Under the pieces are notes generated by a model. It worked only from the letters and a program-made list of their open reading frames with translations. It made no database searches and was not told where the DNA came from. Below are positions 9,162 through 18,843 of a stretch of 64,000 nucleotides of DNA, piece after piece (the first letter of the stretch is position 1; each line of letters begins with the position of its first letter). Location of the stretch: the NCBI RefSeq assembly GCF_028368995.1, contig NZ_JAQNDL010000003.1, positions 1-64,000 on the forward strand, read 5' to 3'. This stretch comes from Nannocystis bainbridge (GTDB taxonomy: Bacteria; Myxococcota_A; Polyangia; Nannocystales; Nannocystaceae). The position numbers were made by a program, and so were the translations under genes.

Positions 9162-10253
9162 CTACGCGACCGATTCGCTGGCGGCTTCGGGCGCGCGGCC
9201 TTGCAGCTCGTCGTGCAGCGTCTCGAGGTCGGGCGCGACCGGCTTCGGGCGGGCGAACACCGCGAAGATCTTCCACAGCGCCTCGCCCCAGCCCATCGTG
9301 CGATACGGGTAGCCCATGCGCTCGCAGAAGGCGCGCACGTGCGGGCTCATCTTCTTATAATAAACGTGCGAATAGTTGGGGAACAGGTGGTGCTCGATCT
9401 GGTACTGCAGCCCCGAGCAGGCGAACCCGCCGATCGGCCCCGTGCGGAAGTTGACGGTCGTGCAGGTCTGCAGCGCCAGGAAGTCCTTCGGCCACTCGCC
9501 GCGGCGCACGCACCCGGCCTCGTGCGGGTAGTGGGCCGGGGCCAGCACCGCGAACAGCGGGTAGCCGAGGAACGCGATGCGGATCGCCGATGCCAGCAGC
9601 GCCTCGGAGAACGGCATGAAAAGGCTCGGCACGCCGACCCACGCCACCCAGTACATCGACATCGCCAGCAGATCGTACCAGTGGGCCCGGCGCCGGCGGC
9701 TCGGGTCGAGCAGCGCCTTCGTCAGGAACAGCCAGCTCGACTTCTGGCGCAGGAACACGTGGACCCACAGGATCGCGGGGAAGAAGAATTTCTGCAGGTG
9801 GCGATAATAAAACCGCCCCAGGCCCCGCGCCTGCCGCATCTCCGTCTCGTTCGTCACGAACCACGGCATGAAGTCGTGGTCGTCGTCGATCCCCATCACG
9901 TTGGGCGCCGCGTGGTGGATCGTGATGTGCGCGTTACGCCAGTACGAGAGCGACAGGTTGGCGAACAGCGGATAGCCGAGGTACGACAGCAAGTCGTTGA
10001 CCCACTTCTTGTCGCTGGTGCCGTTGTGCGTCGAAGTGTGGGTGTTGGTGACGACCACCAGCGTGCCGTAGGTCGAGATCGCCATGCCCAGCCAGGCCAG
10101 CAGCCGCGACTCGCAGGCCAGGAACATCACGTAGCCGACGATGCAGACCGCGAACCCGAACAGGAGCTCCGCGACGACCGCGGCGGTGGCCTTGCGGTGC
10201 CACCCTCGAACAGCGAACTCAGCCCGGAGCGCCGCGAATTCCTCGAGATCCAT
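9162..10253 (-). CDS. membrane fatty acid desaturase (front-end type His boxes)
   Basis: HTSTH, HITIHH, QIEHHLFP. Confidence 0.9.
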   Translation of the reverse strand: MDLEEFAALRAEFAVRGWHRKATAAVVAELLFGFAVCIVGYVMFLACESRLLAWLGMAISTYGTLVVVTNTHTSTHNGTSDKKWVNDLLSYLGYPLFANLSLSYWRNAHITIHHAAPNVMGIDDDHDFMPWFVTNETEMRQARGLGRFYYRHLQKFFFPAILWVHVFLRQKSSWLFLTKALLDPSRRRRAHWYDLLAMSMYWVAWVGVPSLFMPFSEALLASAIRIAFLGYPLFAVLAPAHYPHEAGCVRRGEWPKDFLALQTCTTVNFRTGPIGGFACSGLQYQIEHHLFPNYSHVYYKKMSPHVRAFCERMGYPYRTMGWGEALWKIFAVFARPKPVAPDLETLHDELQGRAPEAASESVA

Positions 10254-10912
10254 GTGACGACACAGGTACCCCGCCCCGGGCGGCGACGGAAGCGAAGAAG
10301 CGTGAGCTTACGAGCGCGCACCAGGCGGTCCGGGCCCGCGCCCCTGGTCGCCGAAGGCCGCAGATCGATCTGTGGCGACCGATCGCTGCGGCCGCCTCCG
10401 TGGCCGCAGCGCGCGCCAGCGCGCCCCCCCGGGCAATGACCAATCTATGACAGATCTCCTCGCAGGAGGCGCATGCACCGCTCGGGGCGGACCTGTCCGC
10501 AAGGGCACCTGCCGCGACGTCGGCGTCTGGCGCCTGTGTACGGGCGGGCCGGACCACCGTCCCTGTCGCGCCGGGGTCCGCGCGTCGAGGTTCGCGGCGC
10601 ACCGCTTCGTGATCTCGATCGCTCGCAATTTCGCGGTGACCTCGTGCCTCGATCGGCGAATGTCGCGTCGGGTCATGCGATTGCAATCGCCTCTGTGTGG
10701 ATTGAGCGCCCGCCGGATCGCATTGGCAACACTGTCTCGATCCGCCTCGCCGTTCGGCACGAGGGGCGCGCGCCCGAGCGGGCTGAGCCGGCGCGACCTC
10801 TGAACATCTGCGACAGGGGCTGTGGGCCCCACATCGGCGGTCGAGGTGCGTTTCGCCGGGGTCTCCCGCGCGCTCGCGCCAATGGCTCGAGTTCGGTGTT
10901 AGCCTCGGGCTG

Positions 10913-13900
10913 GTGAGGGGCTCGACGACGGATTCGTCCGAGACGACCGAGACGACCGCGGATGGGTCCTTCGACGGGCCGCCGGGGTCGCCGCCGGGGC
11001 CTGGCGAGCGCATCGGGCCCTATCGGCTGGTCCGCTACCTCGGCGCCGGCGGCATGGGGCTGGTCTACGAGGCGGTCGACGACGAGCTCGGCGATCGGGT
11101 CGCGCTCAAGACCCTGAGCCGGATCGACCCGTGGCGGCTGTTTCGCCTCAAGCAGGAGTTTCGCACCCTCGCCGGCATCCGCCACGACAACCTGGTGCGG
11201 CACGAGGCGCTGGTGGTCGAGGACGGCGCGTGGTTCCTCGCCATGGAGTACGTCGCCGGTACGCGCCTCACCGACGCCGTCGCGGCCGACCCGGCCCTGC
11301 TGCGCCCGGTCCTGGCCCAGCTCGCCAGCGGCGTGCGGGCGCTGCACGCCGCCGGCGTGGTCCACCGCGACCTCAAGCCGGCCAACGTGCTCGTCGAGCC
11401 CGGCGGTCGCGTCGTCATCCTCGACTTCGGCCTGGCCGAGAGCGCCCTCGCCGGCGAGGCCACGCCGACCGGTCGCGCCCCGGCCGGCACCCCCGGCTAC
11501 GTCGCCCCGGAGCTGGCCCGCGGGGTCGCGCCCGCGCCCGCCAGCGACTGGTTCGCCGTCGGCGTGATCATGTTCGTGCTGCTCACCGGCGAGCTCCCGG
11601 GCCAGCGCCAGCGCCCGTCGATCTGCGCCGCCGACGTCCCGCCCGACCTCGACGACCTGTGCGCGGCGTTGCTCGCAACTGACCCGAAGGACAGGCCCGA
11701 CGGCGCCGCGATCGTCGCTCGCCTCGGCGCCACCGCGGCGGTCGCCGACGCGCTGGCGCCGCTGTTCGGCCGCGACGACGAGCGCGCGGCGTTGACGGCC
11801 GCGATCGCCGGGACCGTCGCCGGCGCGCCGGGCTTCGTGCGCGTGCACGGGGCCTCGGGCGTGGGCAAGACCCGGCTGGTGCGCGAGGTCCTCGGCGCGC
11901 TCGAGCGGGCCGGGGCGGCGCTGGTGCTGCGCGGCCGCTGCTACGAGTGCGAGTCGGTGCCCTACGGCGGCTTCGATGCTGCGATCGACGCCTTGATGCG
12001 CGCGCTGCGGGCCGGCGGACGCTGGCCCGCGGCCGACGTGGCCGCGGCCTCGACGGTGTTCCCGGTGCTGTCGGCGCTGCTGCCCGGGCCGCAGGCGCTC
12101 GCCGACGCCGACGATCGCAGCGCCGCGTTCGCCGGCGTGCGGGCGCTGCTGGCCGCGGCCGGCGACGGGCGTCCGGTCGTGCTGTTCGTCGACGACCTTC
12201 ATCACGCCGGCGCCGACACGGCCGGGCTGATGCTCGACCTGCTGCTGCCGCGCGCCGACGGCCTGGCGCTGACGATCGTCGCCACCTGCCGCAGCGACCG
12301 CGAGGCCGACAGCGCCTGCCTGCGCGAGCTCCACGCCCGCGCCGGCGCCCGCGGCCAGGCGATCGTCGAGCGGCCAGTGGCCGTCGCCGCGCTGGCGCCC
12401 GCGGCCTGCGAGGCGCTGCTGCGCCACCACCTCGGCGCCCGCGCCGAGGGGCGCATCGCCGACCTGACCCGAGAGTCAGGTGGCAACCCGTTCTTGCTCG
12501 AGGCGCTGGCCCGCGACGGCGCGGCCGGCCCGGCGCCCGCGATCGCCGAGTGGGTCCGTCGGCGCACGCACGGGCTGCCCGAGGAGGCCGCGCGGCTGCT
12601 GGCTGCGATCGCGCTGTCGGGCCAGCCGCTGCCGCAGGGGGTGCTGCTGCAGGCTGCGCAGGTCAAGCGCCCGGGGGCCGCGCTGGGGGCCCTGCGGGCG
12701 CTGTCGCTGGTCCGCATGCAGGGCTCGCGGCGGTGGGACATCGTCGAGCCGAGCCACGACCGCATCGGCGAGGGCGTGGTCGACGGCCTGGCGCCGGCGC
12801 TGCGGGCCCTGCTGCACGGGTCGATCGCCGAGGCGCTGGCGCGCGAGCGCTGGGGCAGCCCCGAGCTGCGGGCCCGCCACTGGCACGGGGCCGGCGAGCT
12901 CGATCTGGCCTGCGGGGCCGCCGAGGAGGCCGCGGCCGAGGCCGAGCAGGCGCTGGCGTTCGAACGCGCGGCCGCGCTGCTGGGCGACGCCGCGGCCTGG
13001 ATCGCCGGGCGCGACCTCGGCCGGTCCGCCGCGCTGCAGGGCCGCCAGGGCCGCGTGCTGGTCCGCGCGGGCCGCTGCGCCGCCGCGGCCGAGACGTTCC
13101 TGGCCAGCGCCGAACATGTCCCCGAGGACAGCCGACCCGAGGTCCTGCGCCAGGCCGCGGACGCGTGGATGGCCGCCGGCTACATCGACCGCGGGCTCGA
13201 CCTGCTGCGGCCGATGCTGCGCGCCGAGGGCGTGTGGTGGCCGCGCTCGCCGCTGCTGGCCGTGTTCGCGCTGCTGTGGACGTACGTGCGGCTGCGCCTG
13301 CGCGGCATCGAGATCGACGGGGCCGCGGCGCCGACCGAGGCCCAGCTGCGGCGCGTGGATCTGTGCTGGTCGGTCGGCATGGGCCTCACCAACACGATGC
13401 CGGCCGACGGCATGCTGTTCGCGGTGCGGGCCGTGCTGGCCGCGCTGCAGGCCGGCGAACCGGGCCGGGTCGGCCGCGGGCTGGCGGTGCTCGGCGCGTT
13501 CCACCGCCTCATCGGCCGCGCCGAGGTCGGGGCTCGCTTCGTCGCGCGCGCCCGCGAGATCGCCGAGGCGCGCGACGACCCGCAATTGCTCGGCCTCACC
13601 CACGTGTGCTCGGCCGCCGACGCGATGATCACCGGCGACTGGCGCGAGTGCGTCGCCCGCACCGCGCGCGGGCTCGACGCGCTGTCGGCCCCGCGCGCCG
13701 GCATGACCTGGGAGCGGGTGCTCGGGGCCTGCTTCGAGCTGACCGCGCTCGACCAATTGGGCCGCTTCGTCGAAGTCGAGCGCCGCGCCGGCGAGCACCT
13801 GCGCGACGCCGAGGCCCGCGGCGACCTCTACGGCCTGGTGGTGTTCAGCCAGTTCTTCGCGCAGGCCCGGATCGCCGCCGGCGACCTGGCCGCGGCCCGC

Positions 13901-14425
13901 CATTACGCGCGCGACAGCGTGCGCCGGTGGACCCGCCGCAGCTACACGCTGCAGCACTTCTACGCCCTGCGCGTCGAGGTCTGCTGCGACCTCTACGACG
14001 GCGAGCCCCACCGCGCCGACGCGCGGCTGCGTGAGCGCTGGCCCGACATCGTCGGCGCCGGCCTGCTGCGCAACCCGATCTCGCGGGTCGACGCGCTGCT
14101 GCTGCGGGCCCGCTGCGCCCTCGCCCGCGGCGATCGCCGGCGGGCCGCCTGCGTCGCCCGGCGCCTGGCCTGCGAGTCGCGGCCCGACGCCGGCTTGCAT
14201 GCGCGGTGGATCCGGGCCCGCGTCGCCCCCGCGCATGCGAACGCCGACGCAGAGCTCGCGGCCGCGGCCCGCGGGTTTCAGGCCGCGGGCATGACGCTCG
14301 CCGCGTGGTCGATCGAACACCGCCGCGCCGGCGCGGACCATGCGCGGCGCGTGAAAGCCGAGCAAGCGCTCCGTGAGCTAGGTGTTTCCGAGCCGGACCG
14401 CTGGCAGCGGGTGTTCCTGCCCTGA
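10913..14425 (+). CDS. Ser/Thr protein kinase with AAA ATPase and helical/TPR-like C-terminus
   Basis: LGAGGMGLVY, VALK, HRDLKPANV, DFG, GTPGYVAPE; Walker A GASGVGKT; Walker B LFVDD. Confidence 0.92.
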   Translation: MRGSTTDSSETTETTADGSFDGPPGSPPGPGERIGPYRLVRYLGAGGMGLVYEAVDDELGDRVALKTLSRIDPWRLFRLKQEFRTLAGIRHDNLVRHEALVVEDGAWFLAMEYVAGTRLTDAVAADPALLRPVLAQLASGVRALHAAGVVHRDLKPANVLVEPGGRVVILDFGLAESALAGEATPTGRAPAGTPGYVAPELARGVAPAPASDWFAVGVIMFVLLTGELPGQRQRPSICAADVPPDLDDLCAALLATDPKDRPDGAAIVARLGATAAVADALAPLFGRDDERAALTAAIAGTVAGAPGFVRVHGASGVGKTRLVREVLGALERAGAALVLRGRCYECESVPYGGFDAAIDALMRALRAGGRWPAADVAAASTVFPVLSALLPGPQALADADDRSAAFAGVRALLAAAGDGRPVVLFVDDLHHAGADTAGLMLDLLLPRADGLALTIVATCRSDREADSACLRELHARAGARGQAIVERPVAVAALAPAACEALLRHHLGARAEGRIADLTRESGGNPFLLEALARDGAAGPAPAIAEWVRRRTHGLPEEAARLLAAIALSGQPLPQGVLLQAAQVKRPGAALGALRALSLVRMQGSRRWDIVEPSHDRIGEGVVDGLAPALRALLHGSIAEALARERWGSPELRARHWHGAGELDLACGAAEEAAAEAEQALAFERAAALLGDAAAWIAGRDLGRSAALQGRQGRVLVRAGRCAAAAETFLASAEHVPEDSRPEVLRQAADAWMAAGYIDRGLDLLRPMLRAEGVWWPRSPLLAVFALLWTYVRLRLRGIEIDGAAAPTEAQLRRVDLCWSVGMGLTNTMPADGMLFAVRAVLAALQAGEPGRVGRGLAVLGAFHRLIGRAEVGARFVARAREIAEARDDPQLLGLTHVCSAADAMITGDWRECVARTARGLDALSAPRAGMTWERVLGACFELTALDQLGRFVEVERRAGEHLRDAEARGDLYGLVVFSQFFAQARIAAGDLAAARHYARDSVRRWTRRSYTLQHFYALRVEVCCDLYDGEPHRADARLRERWPDIVGAGLLRNPISRVDALLLRARCALARGDRRRAACVARRLACESRPDAGLHARWIRARVAPAHANADAELAAAARGFQAAGMTLAAWSIEHRRAGADHARRVKAEQALRELGVSEPDRWQRVFLP

Positions 14426-14439
14426 CTGCGATATCGTCC

Positions 14440-15363
14440 GTGTCCGTGGGAGCGCTCCTGGGCCTCGATACGGGGCGGGAAGAGCTGCTCCCCGCCCGCT
14501 GCCTGGTCGGCCGCTCGCGCGCGTGCGACCTGATCCTCGCGGCCCGCGACGTCTCGAGCCAGCACGCGATCGTGCAATGGACCGGCGCGGTGTGGGAGCT
14601 GCAGGACCTGGGCAGCCGCAACGGCACCATCGTCGGCGAGCACCGGCTGGCGTTCGGCGAGCGGGTGCCGCTGCGGCGCGGCCTGGTGCTCCGCTTCGGC
14701 CGCGAGGCGGGCGCATTCGAGTTCGTCGACGACGCCCCGCCGCGGCCGATGGCGATCCACCTCGACAGCGGGCGGATCCGGATCGCCGAGGCCGGGCTGC
14801 TCGCGCTGCCCGACGACGACTCGCCCGAGCTGCTGCTGTACCCCGACGGGCCCGAGCGGTGGGTCGGCGAGCGCCACGGCGAGCTGACCGAGGTGGGCGA
14901 CCGCGCCGTGGTCCTGGTCCGCGGCGAGATGTGGCGCGTGCACCTGCCCACCGGCGGCTCGGGCACCTGGGAAGAGCACGCATCGGACCTCTGCGTCGCC
15001 GACCTTCGGCTGCGGTTCTCGCACAGCTCGGACGAGGAGTACGTCGAGCTTCTGGCCCTCGCCGGCGAGCGCCGCATCGACCTCCAGGCCCGCGCGCACC
15101 ACTATCCGCTGCTGCTCCTGGCGCGCGCGCGCCTGGCCGACCAGCAGCGCGGGGTCGCCGAGCCCGAGCAGGGTTGGGTGCACCAGGACAAGCTGCTGGC
15201 GATGCTGAAGATCGAGCCGGGCCACCTCAACATCAGCATTCATCGCAGCCGCGCCCAGCTCGGGCAGGCCGGGGTGGCCGACGCGGCCCGCCTGGTCGAG
15301 CGGCGCAAGGGCACGCGGCAGCTGCGGCTCGGGGCGGCGCAGGTCGAGATCGTGCGGGTGTGA
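14440..15363 (+). CDS. FHA domain protein with C-terminal wHTH-like region
   Basis: VGRS, VSSQHA, DLGSRNGT; C-terminal LNISIHRSRAQL. Confidence 0.88.
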   Translation: MSVGALLGLDTGREELLPARCLVGRSRACDLILAARDVSSQHAIVQWTGAVWELQDLGSRNGTIVGEHRLAFGERVPLRRGLVLRFGREAGAFEFVDDAPPRPMAIHLDSGRIRIAEAGLLALPDDDSPELLLYPDGPERWVGERHGELTEVGDRAVVLVRGEMWRVHLPTGGSGTWEEHASDLCVADLRLRFSHSSDEEYVELLALAGERRIDLQARAHHYPLLLLARARLADQQRGVAEPEQGWVHQDKLLAMLKIEPGHLNISIHRSRAQLGQAGVADAARLVERRKGTRQLRLGAAQVEIVRV

Positions 15364-15445
15364 GCGGGGCCCCCGGTCGTAACGCCCGGGTAATGTACAG
15401 CCCGCCGGGGTCGTGCGAGGTTGGCCCGGCGAATCGGGCCGGTCG

Positions 15446-15985
15446 ATGAGCACTCCCTATTTATCCGCGCGCGGTCGACTGGCGGGGACCCGGATCGCGG
15501 CGGGCGCGGCGATATCTGTAGACGAAGCCGCGTCCGCCGCCCTTCCGGGGGCCCCGGGCCGAATTGTCACCACCCAGTGGCTCGATCGATTGATTCGCGC
15601 GACCCTGGGCGGGCGCCTGACCGCGGCGGCGCTGCTGCGCTTCGGCGACAGCTGCTATTATTTGCCGGCGCGGCGCGAGCTGGCGCTCATCTTGCGCGAG
15701 AGCCAGGCCGACCGCCGGGCCCACCTGATCGAGCGCTACGACTGCGACGATTTCGCCTACGCGATCAAGGGCGAGATGACGGCCCACGCCTACGACACCG
15801 GCGAGCTGCGCTACGGCCTGTGCGTCGGGCTGGCGTGGGGCCGGTTCGACTGGATGACGAGCGAGGCCCACGCGGTCAACTGGGCCGTCACCAGCGACGA
15901 GTCCGTGTGGTTCATCGAGCCGATGACCGACGACATCTACCCGTTCGAGCGCTGCCTCGGGGGCGTCGGCCTGCTCCTCGTGTGA
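15446..15985 (+). CDS. MOA (Marasmius agglutinin) C-terminal-like papain-type cysteine protease
   Basis: YDCDDFA, HAVNW and FIEP give a Cys-His-Glu triad pattern. Confidence 0.7.
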   Translation: MSTPYLSARGRLAGTRIAAGAAISVDEAASAALPGAPGRIVTTQWLDRLIRATLGGRLTAAALLRFGDSCYYLPARRELALILRESQADRRAHLIERYDCDDFAYAIKGEMTAHAYDTGELRYGLCVGLAWGRFDWMTSEAHAVNWAVTSDESVWFIEPMTDDIYPFERCLGGVGLLLV

Positions 15986-16054
15986 GTGGAGTAGCGACAT
16001 TGGCTGTAATCGCGCGGTAACTGCCGGACTCACGCCAGAGGGTACTCTTATTAC

Positions 16055-16621
16055 GTGTTGCTGTATCTCCTGACCGACTTCGCCCGCGACGCCGCCGGCG
16101 TCCGCGACCGCTTCGCCAACGACCCCGCCGCGGTGCTCGACGATTACGCCGTCGCGCCCGCCGACTACTCGGCCCTGTTGGAGCTGCCGGAGGCCATCGT
16201 CGCCCTGCTGCCCGTCGGGGTCGTCGACGCCCTGCGCACGATCAAGGAAGTCCCGCCGCCGGCCCTGATGTGGCCGGGCCCGACCCTGACGATCCGCAGC
16301 GTCGTGCCCGAAGTCGTCGTCGCCGGTGCGCCCGTCCCCCTGCAGATCACGATCGCGGTCGACCCGCCCGACGCGCTCATGGCCGGCAAGCCGTTCGCGG
16401 TCGAGGTCGTGTTCCGCAGCGGGCGCGCCGTCGTCCACGGGATCGTGAAGCGGCCGATCCACGTGCCGCCGCCGCCGGTCGAGGCGGTCACCTTCCACTG
16501 CGTCGCCTGCTTCGCCGAGCCCGGCGACTACCACGTCGAGGTCGCCGTCACGCGGCTGCAGCCGCCGCCGTACCGCAAGGTCGCGCGCTGGTTCGGCACC
16601 CTCGCGGTGCGCGGGGCCTGA
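16055..16621 (+). CDS. hypothetical protein: LigA-like helical N-terminus plus beta-sandwich domain
   Basis: RDRFANDPAAVLDDYAV...ALL N-terminus; C-terminal strands with PGDYHVEV. Confidence 0.65.
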   Translation: MLLYLLTDFARDAAGVRDRFANDPAAVLDDYAVAPADYSALLELPEAIVALLPVGVVDALRTIKEVPPPALMWPGPTLTIRSVVPEVVVAGAPVPLQITIAVDPPDALMAGKPFAVEVVFRSGRAVVHGIVKRPIHVPPPPVEAVTFHCVACFAEPGDYHVEVAVTRLQPPPYRKVARWFGTLAVRGA

Positions 16622-16623
16622 GC

Positions 16624-17652
16624 GTGCCGCCCGTCCCGCACGAGGTCCTGGCCGCCGTGCTGCCGCACGTGCCGGCCGCGCTGGTCGCTCCGGCGCAGCT
16701 GGGGGCGATCGCCGCTTGGTCGCGGCGGCTGCCGCCGGCGTTCAACTGGCTCGGCTTCGAGTGCCGGCTCGGCGACGGCGATTCACGGGTCGATTTCGCC
16801 GGCTGCTGCGAGGTGTGGGACGGCGGCCGCGACGCCCTGCTCGCGGCGCTCGCCGATGACCCCGGGCTGTGCGGCGCGGGCCCGGCGGCGCTGGTGCGCG
16901 CATGGCCCGAAGAGCATGTCCTCAAAGATAGCCCGTCGGTGTGGCTCGAGTTCGACTTCGTCGACCCCGGGCCGCCGGCCGGGTTCGCGTTCCTCTGCCT
17001 CGACCCGGCCTGCGCCAACACCTTCCGCGCCCACCGCGACGCCGAGCCGCCGCCGCTGCCCGCGGCCCTGGCCGCCGCGGCCCGCGGGGCGACATTGCTC
17101 CTGGGACATGCCCCATCGGCCATGTGCATCGATTCGCTGCGGCGCGCCGCCGAGGCCCTGCCCGCCGCCGGCCGCACCCTGCACGTCGCCGCCACCCCGC
17201 ACCGCGGCGGCGACGACCTGCGGGTCCACTTCGCCCTGCTGGCGCGCGACGTGCCGGCCTGGCTGCGCCGGATCGCCTGGCCCGGCGACCTCGTCGCGGC
17301 CGCGCGGGCGCTGGCGATCGTCGGCGACGAGTTCCGCCAGGTCGGGGTCCAGCTCGCCATCGGCGACGCGCTCCGCCCGACCCTCGGCCTCGAGGCCTAC
17401 GTGGCCCGCGGCCCGGCCGAATTCCCGGCCTGGCAGCGCACGTTCGCGGCGCTGGCCGCCGAAGGCGCCTGCGGCACGGCCAAGGCGGCGGCGCTGCTGA
17501 GCGCGTGGTGGGGCCACACGACGGTGTCGCTGCCGAGCACGCCGTGGCGCGTCGCCGTGCACCGCCAGTTCTACGTCAAGCTGACGGTCGAGGGCGAGCG
17601 CCTGCAGGCCAAGGCATACCTGGCGATCTTCCCCCGCTACACGCTGCTGTGA
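16624..17652 (+). CDS. hypothetical protein, possibly ABBA/DMATS-like prenyltransferase fold
   Basis: GFECRL, RVDF, VWLEFD, LGLE, YVKL, AKAYL; GTG 2 bp after the upstream stop. Confidence 0.6.
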   Translation: MPPVPHEVLAAVLPHVPAALVAPAQLGAIAAWSRRLPPAFNWLGFECRLGDGDSRVDFAGCCEVWDGGRDALLAALADDPGLCGAGPAALVRAWPEEHVLKDSPSVWLEFDFVDPGPPAGFAFLCLDPACANTFRAHRDAEPPPLPAALAAAARGATLLLGHAPSAMCIDSLRRAAEALPAAGRTLHVAATPHRGGDDLRVHFALLARDVPAWLRRIAWPGDLVAAARALAIVGDEFRQVGVQLAIGDALRPTLGLEAYVARGPAEFPAWQRTFAALAAEGACGTAKAAALLSAWWGHTTVSLPSTPWRVAVHRQFYVKLTVEGERLQAKAYLAIFPRYTLL

Positions 17653-17790
17653 TGGCGCGGAGACGCGGTGTCACGAGAGACCGCGATCGCCGGAGCCACG
17701 CAATCGAGGCTGACCACGGAGCACGCGATCGCGCGATGCGCTGTGTGGCTGCGTGTAAGCGCGGATGAGGGCGTGGCGTTGTCGGGGTCC

Positions 17791-18639
17791 ATGAGGGGCC
17801 TTCTCGTCCTTGCCTGCATGATGTTCCTCGTCGGTTGTCCATGGCCGTGCCCTCGCGGTACGCGCACGGACGGCGGCGGCCAGTGTATGAATTCGATGGT
17901 TCCGCGGCCGGCCGACCTGAGCCTCGTCAACGGCACCCGCGACAGGCTCGCGGTCAGCGTGCGCGTCTCGCAAAGGCCCTTGTTCTGCAGCGCCATCGGG
18001 CCCGACGACGCGCCCGCGGTGATCGCAACCCTGTTTTTTCAGGGCGACGGCGGCTCGGTGCCCGAGCGTTACGCCCGCGCGACGTGGTCCGGAGATCTGG
18101 AGGAATTCAAGAGCTGGGACTACGAGACCGGAGCGCGTTGCAGCGCGGTTCGCATCTGGATCGGCGACGAATACGAGGGCCACGATGTAATCGCGCATGC
18201 GAACACGACACTCACGATCGTCCCGGGTCCGGAGCCAGGCACCTACGCGATCCAGGGCGCCGACGAGGTGCAACCGGCGCTCCCGCAATTCTGCCCCACG
18301 ACGATGCAGGACCACGCGCTCGCCGCTCTCGCCGCGCTGGTGTCGCGCCCGGCGCTGTCGCTCGGCGAGCCGACCGGCCCGGCCTGCAAGCTCGGTGACG
18401 CCCTGGTTCGTCCAGCCGTCTTGCAGACGAGCGCCGCCGTAGCGACTGCCGTCGCCCCGGGCACCAAGGTGCGCTCCCACCCGGCCTGCCACGGCTGTCC
18501 TGGCGAATACGAGCTGCTCAGCGGCGTGCGCGTGCTGGTCCCGGCGAGTCTCTCCGTGTCTCCGCCGCGGTCCGACAACGACGAGCGCCAGTTCTTCGAA
18601 GCAGCGCTGGTTCAGCGCAACGACAAGGCAGCGCCGTAG
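17791..18639 (+). CDS. hypothetical lipoprotein
   Basis: Lipobox FLVGC after a hydrophobic stretch; Cys-rich. Confidence 0.65.
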   Translation: MRGLLVLACMMFLVGCPWPCPRGTRTDGGGQCMNSMVPRPADLSLVNGTRDRLAVSVRVSQRPLFCSAIGPDDAPAVIATLFFQGDGGSVPERYARATWSGDLEEFKSWDYETGARCSAVRIWIGDEYEGHDVIAHANTTLTIVPGPEPGTYAIQGADEVQPALPQFCPTTMQDHALAALAALVSRPALSLGEPTGPACKLGDALVRPAVLQTSAAVATAVAPGTKVRSHPACHGCPGEYELLSGVRVLVPASLSVSPPRSDNDERQFFEAALVQRNDKAAP

Positions 18640-18843
18640 CCGAGTTGACTGATTCACTGCACCCGCGAGGGTCGCGGTGCCGCGGGGGCCGGAGATGCTG
18701 CTCCTGGCTGGGACGGACGCGCGAGCGGTTCAGGGCAATGACGAGGCAGCGCCATCGCCGGGCGACTGATTCACCGTACCCGCGAGGATCGCAGTGCCGC
18801 GGGGGCCGGAGATGCTTCTCCTGTCTGGGACGGACGCGCGAGC
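18609..18843. repeat. tandem duplication of about 118 bp (2 diverged copies)
   Basis: 18609-18726 aligns with 18727-18843. Confidence 0.85.
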
